A DNA stretch of 63,957 nt, counting the filler, from Stramenopiles sp. TOSAG23-6 (lineage: Eukaryota), in the NCBI GenBank assembly GCA_900128565.1. It is 3 parts of 3 records of this genome, joined end to end, with 100 filler letters (N's around TTAATTAATTAA, not from the genome) between each part and the next. Parts side by side here need not be neighbours in the genome. Positions count along the whole stretch, not along the records: positions 22,190 to 44,274 come from LT636021.1; 2 more parts are not named here. One strand, written 5' to 3'. A program made the translations under genes and the position numbers. The notes under the pieces are model-generated. The model searched no databases. It saw only the letters and a list, made by a program, of their open reading frames with translations, and was not told the origin of the DNA. Below, piece by piece: positions 24,132 through 34,245 of this stretch. The stretch's first letter is position 1; each line of letters starts with the position of its first letter.

Positions 24132-25202
24132 ATGGATTCAACGGATGCACCGCAAATAATTGAGCATATTAAAAAGTCTCTGACTTGTACCCCGTTCGCT
24201 GTGCGTTGGATTCCATGCTCCGCCAGGTTCGTATTACTTGGTCAATATCCGCGTGCTACTGGTTGTATGCAAATATTTGAGTTGAGTCAAGGCGAACTAA
24301 AGATGGTCAGTGAAAGTGAAACAAAGCACGGTTTCAAATGTGGTACTTTTGGAGCTTCTACACTGGAAGAACGACACTTAGCAACGGGTGATTACGGTGG
24401 TTTTCTACGAATTTGGGATGTGGAACGTCCAAAAGTTCCAATTTATTCGGTGAAAGCCCATAAAAGTATAATAAATGTAGTTGATGGTTGTGGTGGTGTC
24501 AATATAGGTTATGGTGCTCCTGAAATTGTCACCGGAGGACGTGATGGATGCGTTCGTGTTTGGGATCCTCGTGTTGAAACCGCGGTAATTTCCTTAGAGC
24601 CAAATGAAGGTAGAGAGAGCCGAGATTGTTGGGCTGCATGTTTTGGCAACAGTTATAGTGATAATGAACGGTCCGTTTGTGCTGGATTTGATAATGGTGA
24701 TGTAAAACTTTTTGATTTGAGAACATCAAAAGTATCTTGGGAAACAAATGTCGGTAATGGTGTTGTAAATTTGGAATTTGACCGTAAAGATATCGAAATG
24801 AATAAACTTTGTGTGACATCATTAGAGAGTAAGTTTCGTATTTATGATATGCGAACTCGGCATGAAACAAAGGGGTATTCCTTCCTAGCAGAAAAGGCGC
24901 ATAAATCGACAGTATGGTTAGCAAAGCATTTACCACAAAACCGTGATGTTTTTGTGACAGCAGGTGGAAATGGGGGTCTAAATTTATATAGTTATCATTA
25001 CCCATCACAAAGAACACGAAAAGATGCAGAAGGTCATTTGCTTGGTGTGCCGGGCACTGTTGAACTATTGAATGCTAGAGTAATTGGAACTCAACCTATA
25101 GTTAGTTTTGATTGGTCTCCAGACAAGGAAGGCTTAAGTGTTTGTGCTTGTCTAGATCAAACATTNAGAGTATTTATAGTTACAAAACTGCATAAATATT
25201 AA
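24132..25202 (+). CDS. WDR92: WD-repeat protein 92 / dynein axonemal assembly factor 10, intronless
   Basis: PQIIEHI, WIPCSARFV, FKCGTFGAS, GAPEIVTGGRDG, FDRKDIEMNKL, SFDWSPDK, IVTKL. Confidence 0.95.
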   Translation: MDSTDAPQIIEHIKKSLTCTPFAVRWIPCSARFVLLGQYPRATGCMQIFELSQGELKMVSESETKHGFKCGTFGASTLEERHLATGDYGGFLRIWDVERPKVPIYSVKAHKSIINVVDGCGGVNIGYGAPEIVTGGRDGCVRVWDPRVETAVISLEPNEGRESRDCWAACFGNSYSDNERSVCAGFDNGDVKLFDLRTSKVSWETNVGNGVVNLEFDRKDIEMNKLCVTSLESKFRIYDMRTRHETKGYSFLAEKAHKSTVWLAKHLPQNRDVFVTAGGNGGLNLYSYHYPSQRTRKDAEGHLLGVPGTVELLNARVIGTQPIVSFDWSPDKEGLSVCACLDQTXRVFIVTKLHKY

Positions 25203-25823
25203 ACATATATTGTTTGTGCTTCGTGTCTAGATCACTAAGAGTATTTATTGTTACAAAACTGCATATAAATAGAAAAGATTTTTCAGTAATTTTTCATATA
25301 AATAGAAAAGATTTTTCAGTAATTTTTCATATGTACCAAATATCTTTCCAAATTGAAACAATAAATTTGACATCCTTAGAATATTTGTGCAAAATAAATA
25401 ATCTGATGTATTGCTAATCGATTCTGATGCCAATCTTCTTGGCAATTTCAGATTATGACAAAAAATGATCATTGAAATATAAGAAGAATGCCAAGTCAAA
25501 ATATAATAAAACATGAAAAGTTCTAATTTGTGCAATAGAAATTTTAGTGTGTACTACTTTGCTGAATTTTCATGGGAAAATGCATCAATCCCACCACACT
25601 ATGAAAAATTAGTCGCAATGATATTTTTACCATAAGAAAACAGAAAAGCTGGATAAATTGATGTAGAGAAAAATTCCAAATTCTTTGACCAAATAAAAAT
25701 TTTATTCATTAGAGCTTTGTATATATAAACATGCTGAGAATACCTCCAACAAACCAAATTGGTATCATATGCAAAGTTCTGTATTCACTACAAAATACAA
25801 ATGTAAATACAGATTTTTGTTGT

Positions 25824-26405
25824 TTATACGTTTTCTCCTTTCATCCCTGGAGTAAAGTAGTAGAGTTGAGGTGCATAAGGAGCTACATCTTGGTACTTGC
25901 ACGCAATGAGCATGCATTTACCTTCGAGAGCGTCGGCTACGTCAGTAGCAAAGAACTCGAAATCAGCAAAATTTTCAGCAATAAATTGGCCAAAATGTCC
26001 AGCATCCTTGGTAATGTAATCTTTGAGAAATGACTTAACTTTCTTCTTTTCTGGGCCCTTTGGAAGCTTATCGAGGACAGCCTTGAGGTACTTCATCTGG
26101 ATCTTCTTCCAAGTAGATGCCTTCTTCAGTCCCTGAACTTGTTGCAAATTATATTGGTTAATAACATCAACGTGTTGAACACATTGAGTCTTATCTTCCT
26201 TATCATCGTATTGTTCATCAGAAAGACGTTCAGTATTTTCATTATCATACCAATACTTGCTTCCGACTGATTTCGTAACTAACTTACCGAAATCCTTTTC
26301 TGGTTCTTGAGAATCAGCGAGATCGACGAACCAAGTTTTCCCTGTGTCGACGATACCATCAGATATGAGTTCCTCTCCAGATACCAAATCCTTGTAAACC
26401 TTCAT
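25824..26405 (-). CDS. TCTP: Translationally controlled tumour protein
   Basis: MKVYKDLVSGEELISD N-terminus, VDVINQYNLQ, NFADFEFF, YYFTPGMKGE C-terminus. Confidence 0.85.
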   Translation of the reverse strand: MKVYKDLVSGEELISDGIVDTGKTWFVDLADSQEPEKDFGKLVTKSVGSKYWYDNENTERLSDEQYDDKEDKTQCVQHVDVINQYNLQQVQGLKKASTWKKIQMKYLKAVLDKLPKGPEKKKVKSFLKDYITKDAGHFGQFIAENFADFEFFATDVADALEGKCMLIACKYQDVAPYAPQLYYFTPGMKGENV

Positions 26406-26703
26406 TCTCCAAAGCGTATCGATAAAGTGAATAAGCGAATTCTTCTTGTGAACAACACAAACAACAAACACGACAAACGAGAACAAACACAAACACACAC
26501 GAGGCCAACTGTAAACAGTCATGAATTCATTCGTGGATGGCTGAGCTGAATTCATGTGATACCCGGTACCCGAATTTTTCGATCTCGGAGAAAATTTTCA
26601 TCAGTTTGCGTATCGTCGTCGTCCCTCCAGAGAGACTTCTCGAAGAATTCCACAAAAGAAACAATAATTGATTTCGTTCTGTAGCTTAAGCATTCATTGT
26701 TTC

Positions 26704-28980
26704 ATGGATGACATTCTAAATACAGAGTTTCTTGACTTTTTCGATGCTTCCGAAGATGATTACGATCATTTGTGGGGTAATGGTCACAGTCTAGGTACCA
26801 TTGAAAATTCAGCTGATACCTCTATTGGGAAATCGTCGATTCTATCAGATACAATTCCGTTTCCCATAAAGATAGAAGGAAATTCCCTTGAAAGAACTGG
26901 CATTCGTGAGGTTTCCACTTTAAGTGTTCAAACTCGAGGTCGAAGTTTATCAGTTTCATCGTGGTTAAATTGTAATTTTACTACACCAGAGGCAGATTCG
27001 TTCCAACGTGGTGTGTCAACGGATAGTACCATCCAACTTGACGAAAACTTCTTGGATACTGCAGTCGATTCTTTGACTACAAAAGATAATAAAAAAGATG
27101 CGGTAAATGATTTCGTGAATATAAGTTCTCCCATCAGAGTCGAAAAAGGCAACCCAAAAGAAGCAAAACGAGCTAAAATTTCTCCTGAAAAAAACACCTT
27201 TCAGGACAAAATGGCGGAGGACACAATGTTACTACCTTCGTCATCTCTAACTGAAACAAATTTATCAAAGGAAAAGTGTATAAATTTTTCCACTTTTCTG
27301 CCGAATTATATTCCAGCACCTCAGCCAATTCCAAAGGAAAATTATTCAACCAAAAAGAAAAGAAGAGGAAAGTTAGATCTGGCCGAGGCACGTAATTTAC
27401 CTGCATATGCCGCAGCTGTTGCAGCTGCTTCGAATGAAGGTGTTTCTGAGGGAGTACAAAAAATTCTAGATGAAATCAAGTTAATGGAGGCTTCAACTTC
27501 AAATCTTACTGTTGAACAAAAGAAACGTCGAAGATTATTGCGTAATCGCGCGTCAGCTCAGTTGCATCGCGAACGGAAAAAAAACCAAGTTGCTTCTCTT
27601 GGTGCAGAAATTGATGATTTACATGCAAAGCTTGTTGCCGAGAGGAAAATAACTAATCTACTCCGTGCTGAGTGCTCTCGATTAGGAACTCATTTGGATA
27701 AAAAAGTCTCTGAAGTGGCACGTTTAAAGGAAAAGGTTACTTTGCTTGGTGGTACGACGTCATCTGTTTTACACACTTCACCTCCTTCTCCGAAGCCTTT
27801 ACAAGCTTTGCCTCCAATGGTTGAAATCACAGACAGCTCTGGTAGCAGTAGTGATAGTGATTACTCCTCTTTGAAAAAATCTCAAAGTGGCGGGGAGCTG
27901 TATACTTGTTTATCTCCTAAAAATCCTTCTAGATGCCTCGGTGATTGGTTTCAACGTGAGGATTATCAGTCAGTTGATAATAGTAATGATTTAAATAAGA
28001 TGCCGCGACAGAAATATCGCGGTACAAAGAGAAAAAGCACAGCTATGATGGCAATGGTTTTTTCATTGGGTCTCATTGCAGTTCCTTATATAGGCAGTAC
28101 GTATGGATTAGTAGGTAATACGTCTAATCAACAACTAAATACGAGTGACATTTGGAGTACTGAGTATCGAAGAGGAGGTGGTAGAATATTAATGTCAATT
28201 GATAAGCACAATAATCTTACAGATAGTACTGAAAGTTTGTATATAGATGATAGCTTGGAACTTACTGTAACGGACGATCAAGGTACTTATGGTAGCAATT
28301 ATGTGTCAAGTGAATCTCTACAGTATAATAAATTATCACCAAGTAAACGTATCCGCGGCGCATTAGTCAACCAAAATAGTTATCTGAATCACACATCCCC
28401 ATTTGATGATGTAACTAACATTACTGAGAAAAAGCATAGATACGATTTGGTTTCTCAATACCTTACGCAGCACCACATTTCCCGACCAATTGAAAATTCC
28501 GATGTTCGCACAGATTCTGTTGCGAATAGTTCATTACTTTTTTGTGATGCTTCTCCTGATCTTATATCTGCAGAAGCTTTATCGTATGCGTATATGCGTG
28601 GTCGGCAAGATATGAAGAAAGAAAGCGAAAAGAGAGCAACTGGAGATGGTGTTGTGATTGAACTTCCTTGGTATGCTATCAGTAATGTGGATATTGGTGA
28701 TCGTATAAGTAGCAGTACTGCTGAAGGAAATGTGGATGATATGGACAAGCGAGCTGTTGTATACTCTCCACCAAAGGCATCAATGTCTACAGAACAACAA
28801 CATGATACGTTTATTAAGGTAAATGAGGGAACGTACAAGGGTTCAAAACCTTCGCTACACCTATTAGTGCCAACTAAACAAGTAAAATGGGGAAACTGGG
28901 CATTCAGTGATGTAAATACATATGATAATTATATGGAAATTGGTTGTACTATCGATAAGATTCGACCTATCAAATTATAA
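26704..28980 (+). CDS. Membrane-tethered bZIP transcription factor (ATF6 / plant bZIP17-28 architecture)
   Basis: KKRRRLLRNRASAQLHRERKK plus leucine zipper; TM AMMAMVFSLGLIAVPYIG; luminal GRILM motif. Confidence 0.85.
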   Translation: MDDILNTEFLDFFDASEDDYDHLWGNGHSLGTIENSADTSIGKSSILSDTIPFPIKIEGNSLERTGIREVSTLSVQTRGRSLSVSSWLNCNFTTPEADSFQRGVSTDSTIQLDENFLDTAVDSLTTKDNKKDAVNDFVNISSPIRVEKGNPKEAKRAKISPEKNTFQDKMAEDTMLLPSSSLTETNLSKEKCINFSTFLPNYIPAPQPIPKENYSTKKKRRGKLDLAEARNLPAYAAAVAAASNEGVSEGVQKILDEIKLMEASTSNLTVEQKKRRRLLRNRASAQLHRERKKNQVASLGAEIDDLHAKLVAERKITNLLRAECSRLGTHLDKKVSEVARLKEKVTLLGGTTSSVLHTSPPSPKPLQALPPMVEITDSSGSSSDSDYSSLKKSQSGGELYTCLSPKNPSRCLGDWFQREDYQSVDNSNDLNKMPRQKYRGTKRKSTAMMAMVFSLGLIAVPYIGSTYGLVGNTSNQQLNTSDIWSTEYRRGGGRILMSIDKHNNLTDSTESLYIDDSLELTVTDDQGTYGSNYVSSESLQYNKLSPSKRIRGALVNQNSYLNHTSPFDDVTNITEKKHRYDLVSQYLTQHHISRPIENSDVRTDSVANSSLLFCDASPDLISAEALSYAYMRGRQDMKKESEKRATGDGVVIELPWYAISNVDIGDRISSSTAEGNVDDMDKRAVVYSPPKASMSTEQQHDTFIKVNEGTYKGSKPSLHLLVPTKQVKWGNWAFSDVNTYDNYMEIGCTIDKIRPIKL

Positions 28981-29112
28981 TTTTAAAAATCATGTAGATG
29001 CTAGTTGGTGTAATTATTCAAAGATGTTGGTTGGTGTACAAATTTATAATAATAAAAAATCAAAAATAATTTATATCATATTTTTTTCTGATCCTTATAT
29101 TTTTGTTATATG

Positions 29113-31680
29113 CTAAATCCAAGCAGATTGAGCTTGATTCTTTTCATGGTGTGTTCTCTTGTTCTTGTTGACACGATTTACCTTCGAGCTACGTACACTA
29201 CTAGAGATACCGGTATTATTCTTAATAATATTATGATGTTGCATTAAACTATGGCATCTGATCTGATCTTTTAAGATCAAGAGATCTTCCCATGACTGTT
29301 GCACTTCCGTGTGCACCGCACCCAACAATTCCTTTGACATACTCTTGTGCTCTTCATGATCAACTTTCATGGAATTCAGATGTGCATCTCTAATAGATGC
29401 ATGCATTGCCTTCATAGTATCAGACTTGAGTTTATCATTTGAATGCTCTTCACCTGGTTCCTCATTGAGCTCACCGAGGTCAACAAAACCTGTATGATTA
29501 GCACTATCAACATCTAGTAGTGGGTGAACTTTTGTTCTCCGTTTAGAGTGCTTCACATGTTTTCCATACTTTTCAGATTTATTTTGACTTTTATTTTTGT
29601 ACATTTGTAAATTTTTGACAGGGTCTTTCAACGATGAGTGTTTATGTCCTAATCTACCCATCATTTTTTTCAAATGAATATGGTGTCCTACTGGTTTAAT
29701 GATACCCGCATTTCGTAATCGCATTTTGAGGTCATCGGGGACATTCTTCAAAGTATCTTCGCGGACCGAATCCATTTTTGCACAAACACTTACCTGCTTC
29801 AAATGAACGATACGTCTTCGCTTCATTAAATTTCGAAGTTTGTTTATTCTAATAGAATCCCTAATACGCTCTGCATCCTTTCGGGAAGTGACTATCTTTG
29901 CCAAAAGGGAATACACTGGGAGAATTGTTCCAGTATTTTGATACTGTTTCTCGTCCATTTGTGCTGCCTTGCGTTGCACCCATTCAGGAAATCCTCTCAC
30001 TAAGTTTAAGGATTCAAAAATGTAGAGAAACGCCCGCAAACTATGAGGTAATAACGTAATTAAGAATGTAAAGCAGTATACTAAAATGGAGAAGCGAATA
30101 ATCTCAGCTTGACAGTCAGGGCTACAATACAATTTAGATGCTATGAAAAGAGCATGTACACCCCATGGTATATCAAATAATTCTTTCAACTTCGTAAGTA
30201 CCCGTAAGGAGTCCATGTCGTGTCTGTATCTATATACTAAATATTCTTGACCATGGTAAAATATACTTTTCAAGTGATCTCTTGATTCTTGCATCGCTTT
30301 TCGATCATCTTCAGCAGTCATTGGACCTATGCCCAATTCGTTTGGACTATAGTTTGAGCCCCCGATATGTTTGAATGCATGATGGTCTTTGTTCTGATGT
30401 GTTGCTAAAAAATGACAAGTCTTTTTGTATAAAGTGAAACGAAACACAACTATAAAAATTTCAATCGCTGCAGTTATAAATAAAAATAACCAAGCATCAA
30501 ATTTAAATCCAGTCTTCATATTTTTTGAGTTAATTCCATCAGAATCATTCACTACGTGAGATGCTGTTTCATTTTCTAATATACAAATAGCATTGTAATC
30601 ATAATATAGAGCAAACAGTATTAATAGAATCATTGGCATCCCAAAAATTAGCTGTGTATGTCTATGGCGATTTGTGAAACTTACTTGGAATGGAGCCAGC
30701 AGAGACGCTACGACAACTGAAGGTAGCAACATACTAAAATCTGTTGAAGATGCATCGCCTAACCAAATTCTTTGCATCTCAGTAAATAAAAAATCGACCC
30801 CGTCAATTACTGCATCTTTAGAGGTATTTACAGCCCTAGTAACGGATGTATCTAGTACCCACTCACTTGCATCTAAACGAGTTTTTTTCAGGTCCAAAAG
30901 TTTTTCTTCATCTTCTTTGTTGTCAGTTATTTCATGTTGCGATTTTTGCTGCATAACCAAAGAACTTTTCATTAAATGACTCGTTAAACTTTGATTCGGA
31001 GGAACCATTTTGATGTTAGTAAATTGCTTAACTTCATCAAGTGTGATTTCTCCTGAGCCGTCAGTATCAATCTTTTCAACAAATTTTGGATTTAGTCGAT
31101 GAGATATAGAAGCCAATGCTGAGTTACTAGATGCTATTTTTTCATGATTCTTTCCTACTTCTTTGATAAATTCATGAGAGAGTCCCCTTGAACGAACAGA
31201 AAAAAGCTCTGCCTCATCTAAAGTATTCAACACAGATTTGCTTAGCCCTTTTTTTGCTTCCTTTGCTTTCCTCAAACCACTCGTCATATCTGCTTCCAAG
31301 TTCGAATTGAGAAGAGAATCAATACCTAAAATATTGTGCAATGATTCATTCTTAAAATTTCGTTTTTTTGCTAGTGTGTCGCGAAGAAGGCGGAGAGCAA
31401 CCTGAATTTGTTCATTTTTCTTCGATTGTTGGAGAGAAGGAGCTGGGCCAGCTCCATTTCCCGAGGGGACTGCGTCATATCTTTTTGCATCATCAGATAC
31501 ATTTTGAATTGTATTCTCTGTATTTAAATTTCGTCTGTTATTTGTATTATTGACGTCACGTGTCGGAGTTTGTATCTCGGGCACTACTCCGACATTACCA
31601 AGAAAGTTNTCACGAGTCAATTCTTTTTCGTCTTTGTCAACCAGGCGTGTATTTCCCATGGATCTAATGACTTTAATCAA
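29113..31680 (-). CDS. Multi-pass membrane protein with an EF-hand
   Basis: DTDGSGEITLDE canonical EF-hand loop; several hydrophobic helices; first ATG at 31659. Confidence 0.7.
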   Translation of the reverse strand: MIKVIRSMGNTRLVDKDEKELTRXNFLGNVGVVPEIQTPTRDVNNTNNRRNLNTENTIQNVSDDAKRYDAVPSGNGAGPAPSLQQSKKNEQIQVALRLLRDTLAKKRNFKNESLHNILGIDSLLNSNLEADMTSGLRKAKEAKKGLSKSVLNTLDEAELFSVRSRGLSHEFIKEVGKNHEKIASSNSALASISHRLNPKFVEKIDTDGSGEITLDEVKQFTNIKMVPPNQSLTSHLMKSSLVMQQKSQHEITDNKEDEEKLLDLKKTRLDASEWVLDTSVTRAVNTSKDAVIDGVDFLFTEMQRIWLGDASSTDFSMLLPSVVVASLLAPFQVSFTNRHRHTQLIFGMPMILLILFALYYDYNAICILENETASHVVNDSDGINSKNMKTGFKFDAWLFLFITAAIEIFIVVFRFTLYKKTCHFLATHQNKDHHAFKHIGGSNYSPNELGIGPMTAEDDRKAMQESRDHLKSIFYHGQEYLVYRYRHDMDSLRVLTKLKELFDIPWGVHALFIASKLYCSPDCQAEIIRFSILVYCFTFLITLLPHSLRAFLYIFESLNLVRGFPEWVQRKAAQMDEKQYQNTGTILPVYSLLAKIVTSRKDAERIRDSIRINKLRNLMKRRRIVHLKQVSVCAKMDSVREDTLKNVPDDLKMRLRNAGIIKPVGHHIHLKKMMGRLGHKHSSLKDPVKNLQMYKNKSQNKSEKYGKHVKHSKRRTKVHPLLDVDSANHTGFVDLGELNEEPGEEHSNDKLKSDTMKAMHASIRDAHLNSMKVDHEEHKSMSKELLGAVHTEVQQSWEDLLILKDQIRCHSLMQHHNIIKNNTGISSSVRSSKVNRVNKNKRTHHEKNQAQSAWI

Positions 31681-32124
31681 GTATTCTAATGCTCTTCGGC
31701 ATTCAAGTAATTTGGCTTGTCGTACATTCTGATATTCTTGCGCAAAACTATCTTATTTGTCACCTTCGAGTCCTTGGCAGTTACTACGTGTGGTACCATA
31801 GTACAGTATCATTCCAAAGGATTGTTCGTTAAGCCGGCGCCTATACGCTTTAAGTACGGTAAATAAGTACAAAATGGGCGGTCAAACCAAACTGGAATAT
31901 TTATAGCTACGACGTACCGTTTCATGCCTCATTTCTATTTCTTACATTACTATAAACTGTATTATTAGCGTATACATGACGATAAATCATAGTCCTCATA
32001 TTTTGGTTTTGATATTATTTGGAATTTTTGCATATTCTGTTTAGCACTTGTTACACCCTTCAATTGCAGAATAAGCCAAAAAAAATAAATAGCTAGACTT
32101 GAATAGAAACCACTAGTGAGGTGA

Positions 32125-34209
32125 ATGGATAATCAGCACATTGAAAACAAGGTTCCTTCAGAAATTCCTGAGTTTGGAGTGTATCGTTACAATCCAGATT
32201 TTATTACACAATATGGAAAGTGTGAAAGACAAAGATATATGGGAAGCGATAAAGTAAAGGATATTGAAGTACCAGGGAAATATACACGGGGGCAAATGGA
32301 GAGCTACTCTGGTAAGTTACTAAACAAATATACTCATCCCGCGAAAGAAGTAAGACAATCACGAAAACGAACTGTTAAACTCTTGAATACTTGGAAAAAT
32401 CCAAGTTTCGTTCATGGAGATAGTATAAGCATTCAAAGGAGAACAAATGTGATGAAGAAACAAGCTTCATCAAAATCTGTACAGTCAACAATAAATCGAG
32501 GAAGTAGTCATAGTAATCATAGTAAAAAGCTTCGTTACATGCAAATTACGAAGCAACCTAGTCGAAGATCTCTTGAAGAACAGAAAAAAACAATCTACGG
32601 AGCAAATGTAAGTCAATTAAATAAGTTAAAAACCAAGTCTTCAAAAGAAAAGGCTAGACTTATGCTACGTTGGCAATTGAAAGGAAGTCCAAATAGAATG
32701 TCTTCCTTGACACAGAATTTACTGTCTCCAACGCGCTCAATAGTCCCAAAGAACATAAATGGAACCGCCTCTGCTTCTAATAGGCAGCACGATTCCTCAC
32801 ATGACATAATTTTAGAGGCAGGAAAACGACCATCAGTTACTAATGATGTCACAATGGAAAAGGTCATGGGTGCTGGAATGGGCTTCAATGGTCGGGCGTT
32901 GAACGCTAAATTACAAGGAATGGGTAGAGGAAATAGAGGAATGCTACGGCTAAAAGAATACAAATCTGTTGCAGGAAGAGGAAAGGGAAAGGGTTGCGGA
33001 TGGGATTTTATCAATGATACAAATGGCCCAGAAATTATCGATGGGATTGGAAAAAGTGTTGGTGCTAGTGGAACTTGGTTTAGCGAACCATTTATTGAAT
33101 GGCAAAGAGACAAAGCAAGAAGACAAAGACCTTGTCCATGGCTTTTAACCAATCCCAATGAAGTACATGTTAATCCACCAAACACGATGCTTCCAATGTG
33201 CTTTGCCAATCAACAATATAGAGTATTTGAGAGAAATATTCCAGAAGGGTCATTTCAATCAAATGATGCCGNAAACAATACAAATTCAAGTTTCATTGAT
33301 GTCAAAGCAGAAGGAAATTTTCTTGTAAAATATCAAGAAGGATTTTCAGTATCTCAAGGTTGGCATGTCGGGGGCACAACATATGTTGTTACCCCAGATG
33401 GGAAACGCTGGCCTGCTCGTCTGGTCGAGGAGAGAAGTATCTCTTTGACTTTTGCTCCACTGGATCCGACGGTTGACCATTCCATTGAAAAGGATGGATT
33501 TATGTCAGTAACGACTCGCCTGGCGGTGCCTAGGGTAGGCATTGAAGGCCGAGCATTAGCAACTACTATATATTTGCACCCAATGTCACTTTGCATAGAA
33601 GCATATGATCCAATCATTGATTGTTGGTATACTGTACAGATTAAAGTTGACAAACAGTCTGTCGAAAATGACTCACATATGTTATCTAGTCCAGAAAAGA
33701 AAAAAAGTAAAAAATTGAAAACTCTTAAATGCTTTTCGTCGATAATTGCTAAACCAGATAGGCGTCTTGAACTCTTTCGAGTTGTAGCAGATTCTATCCA
33801 TGTGAAGTTGGCATCATTGACCCGGCCTGGATTCTTGTTTGTTGATTTGAAACAAATAAGGCAATTAACTCTCGCAAATAGCAATAATCCAATCATACGT
33901 AAATTACCCCGTGAGATCAATTTTCGCCATATAACTCAAAAAGAAAAGAAAGCCGTGGTAGTTATACAATCTGCTTCAAGACGAAAAAGGGCAATCAAAC
34001 AAATTAAAAAGAAAAAGAAAGCTGCTATAGTTATACAATCAGCATCTAGAAGAAAAAAAGTTNTTGTTCAAAATCAAAAGAAAAAGAAAGCTGCTATAGT
34101 TATACAATCAGCATCTAGACGAAAAAAAGTTATTGTTCAAAATCAAAAGGAAAAGAAAGCTGCTATAGTCATACAATCAGCATCTAGACGAAAAAAGTTA
34201 GTAAAATAA
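32125..34209 (+). CDS. Hypothetical basic protein with four C-terminal IQ motifs
   Basis: A..VIQSASRRK repeated four times with a 60-nt period (about 33940-34200). Confidence 0.7.
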   Translation: MDNQHIENKVPSEIPEFGVYRYNPDFITQYGKCERQRYMGSDKVKDIEVPGKYTRGQMESYSGKLLNKYTHPAKEVRQSRKRTVKLLNTWKNPSFVHGDSISIQRRTNVMKKQASSKSVQSTINRGSSHSNHSKKLRYMQITKQPSRRSLEEQKKTIYGANVSQLNKLKTKSSKEKARLMLRWQLKGSPNRMSSLTQNLLSPTRSIVPKNINGTASASNRQHDSSHDIILEAGKRPSVTNDVTMEKVMGAGMGFNGRALNAKLQGMGRGNRGMLRLKEYKSVAGRGKGKGCGWDFINDTNGPEIIDGIGKSVGASGTWFSEPFIEWQRDKARRQRPCPWLLTNPNEVHVNPPNTMLPMCFANQQYRVFERNIPEGSFQSNDAXNNTNSSFIDVKAEGNFLVKYQEGFSVSQGWHVGGTTYVVTPDGKRWPARLVEERSISLTFAPLDPTVDHSIEKDGFMSVTTRLAVPRVGIEGRALATTIYLHPMSLCIEAYDPIIDCWYTVQIKVDKQSVENDSHMLSSPEKKKSKKLKTLKCFSSIIAKPDRRLELFRVVADSIHVKLASLTRPGFLFVDLKQIRQLTLANSNNPIIRKLPREINFRHITQKEKKAVVVIQSASRRKRAIKQIKKKKKAAIVIQSASRRKKVXVQNQKKKKAAIVIQSASRRKKVIVQNQKEKKAAIVIQSASRRKKLVK

Positions 34210-34245
34210 ATTAAGATATTATCTAGTGTTTATTCTTGAAATGTT

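Noticed and set aside
31860-32100. Possible small gene or family intron (GTACCG...TATACAT) upstream of ORF 32125
   Set aside because: No branch core and no convincing spliced ORF; at most a degenerate UTR intron.
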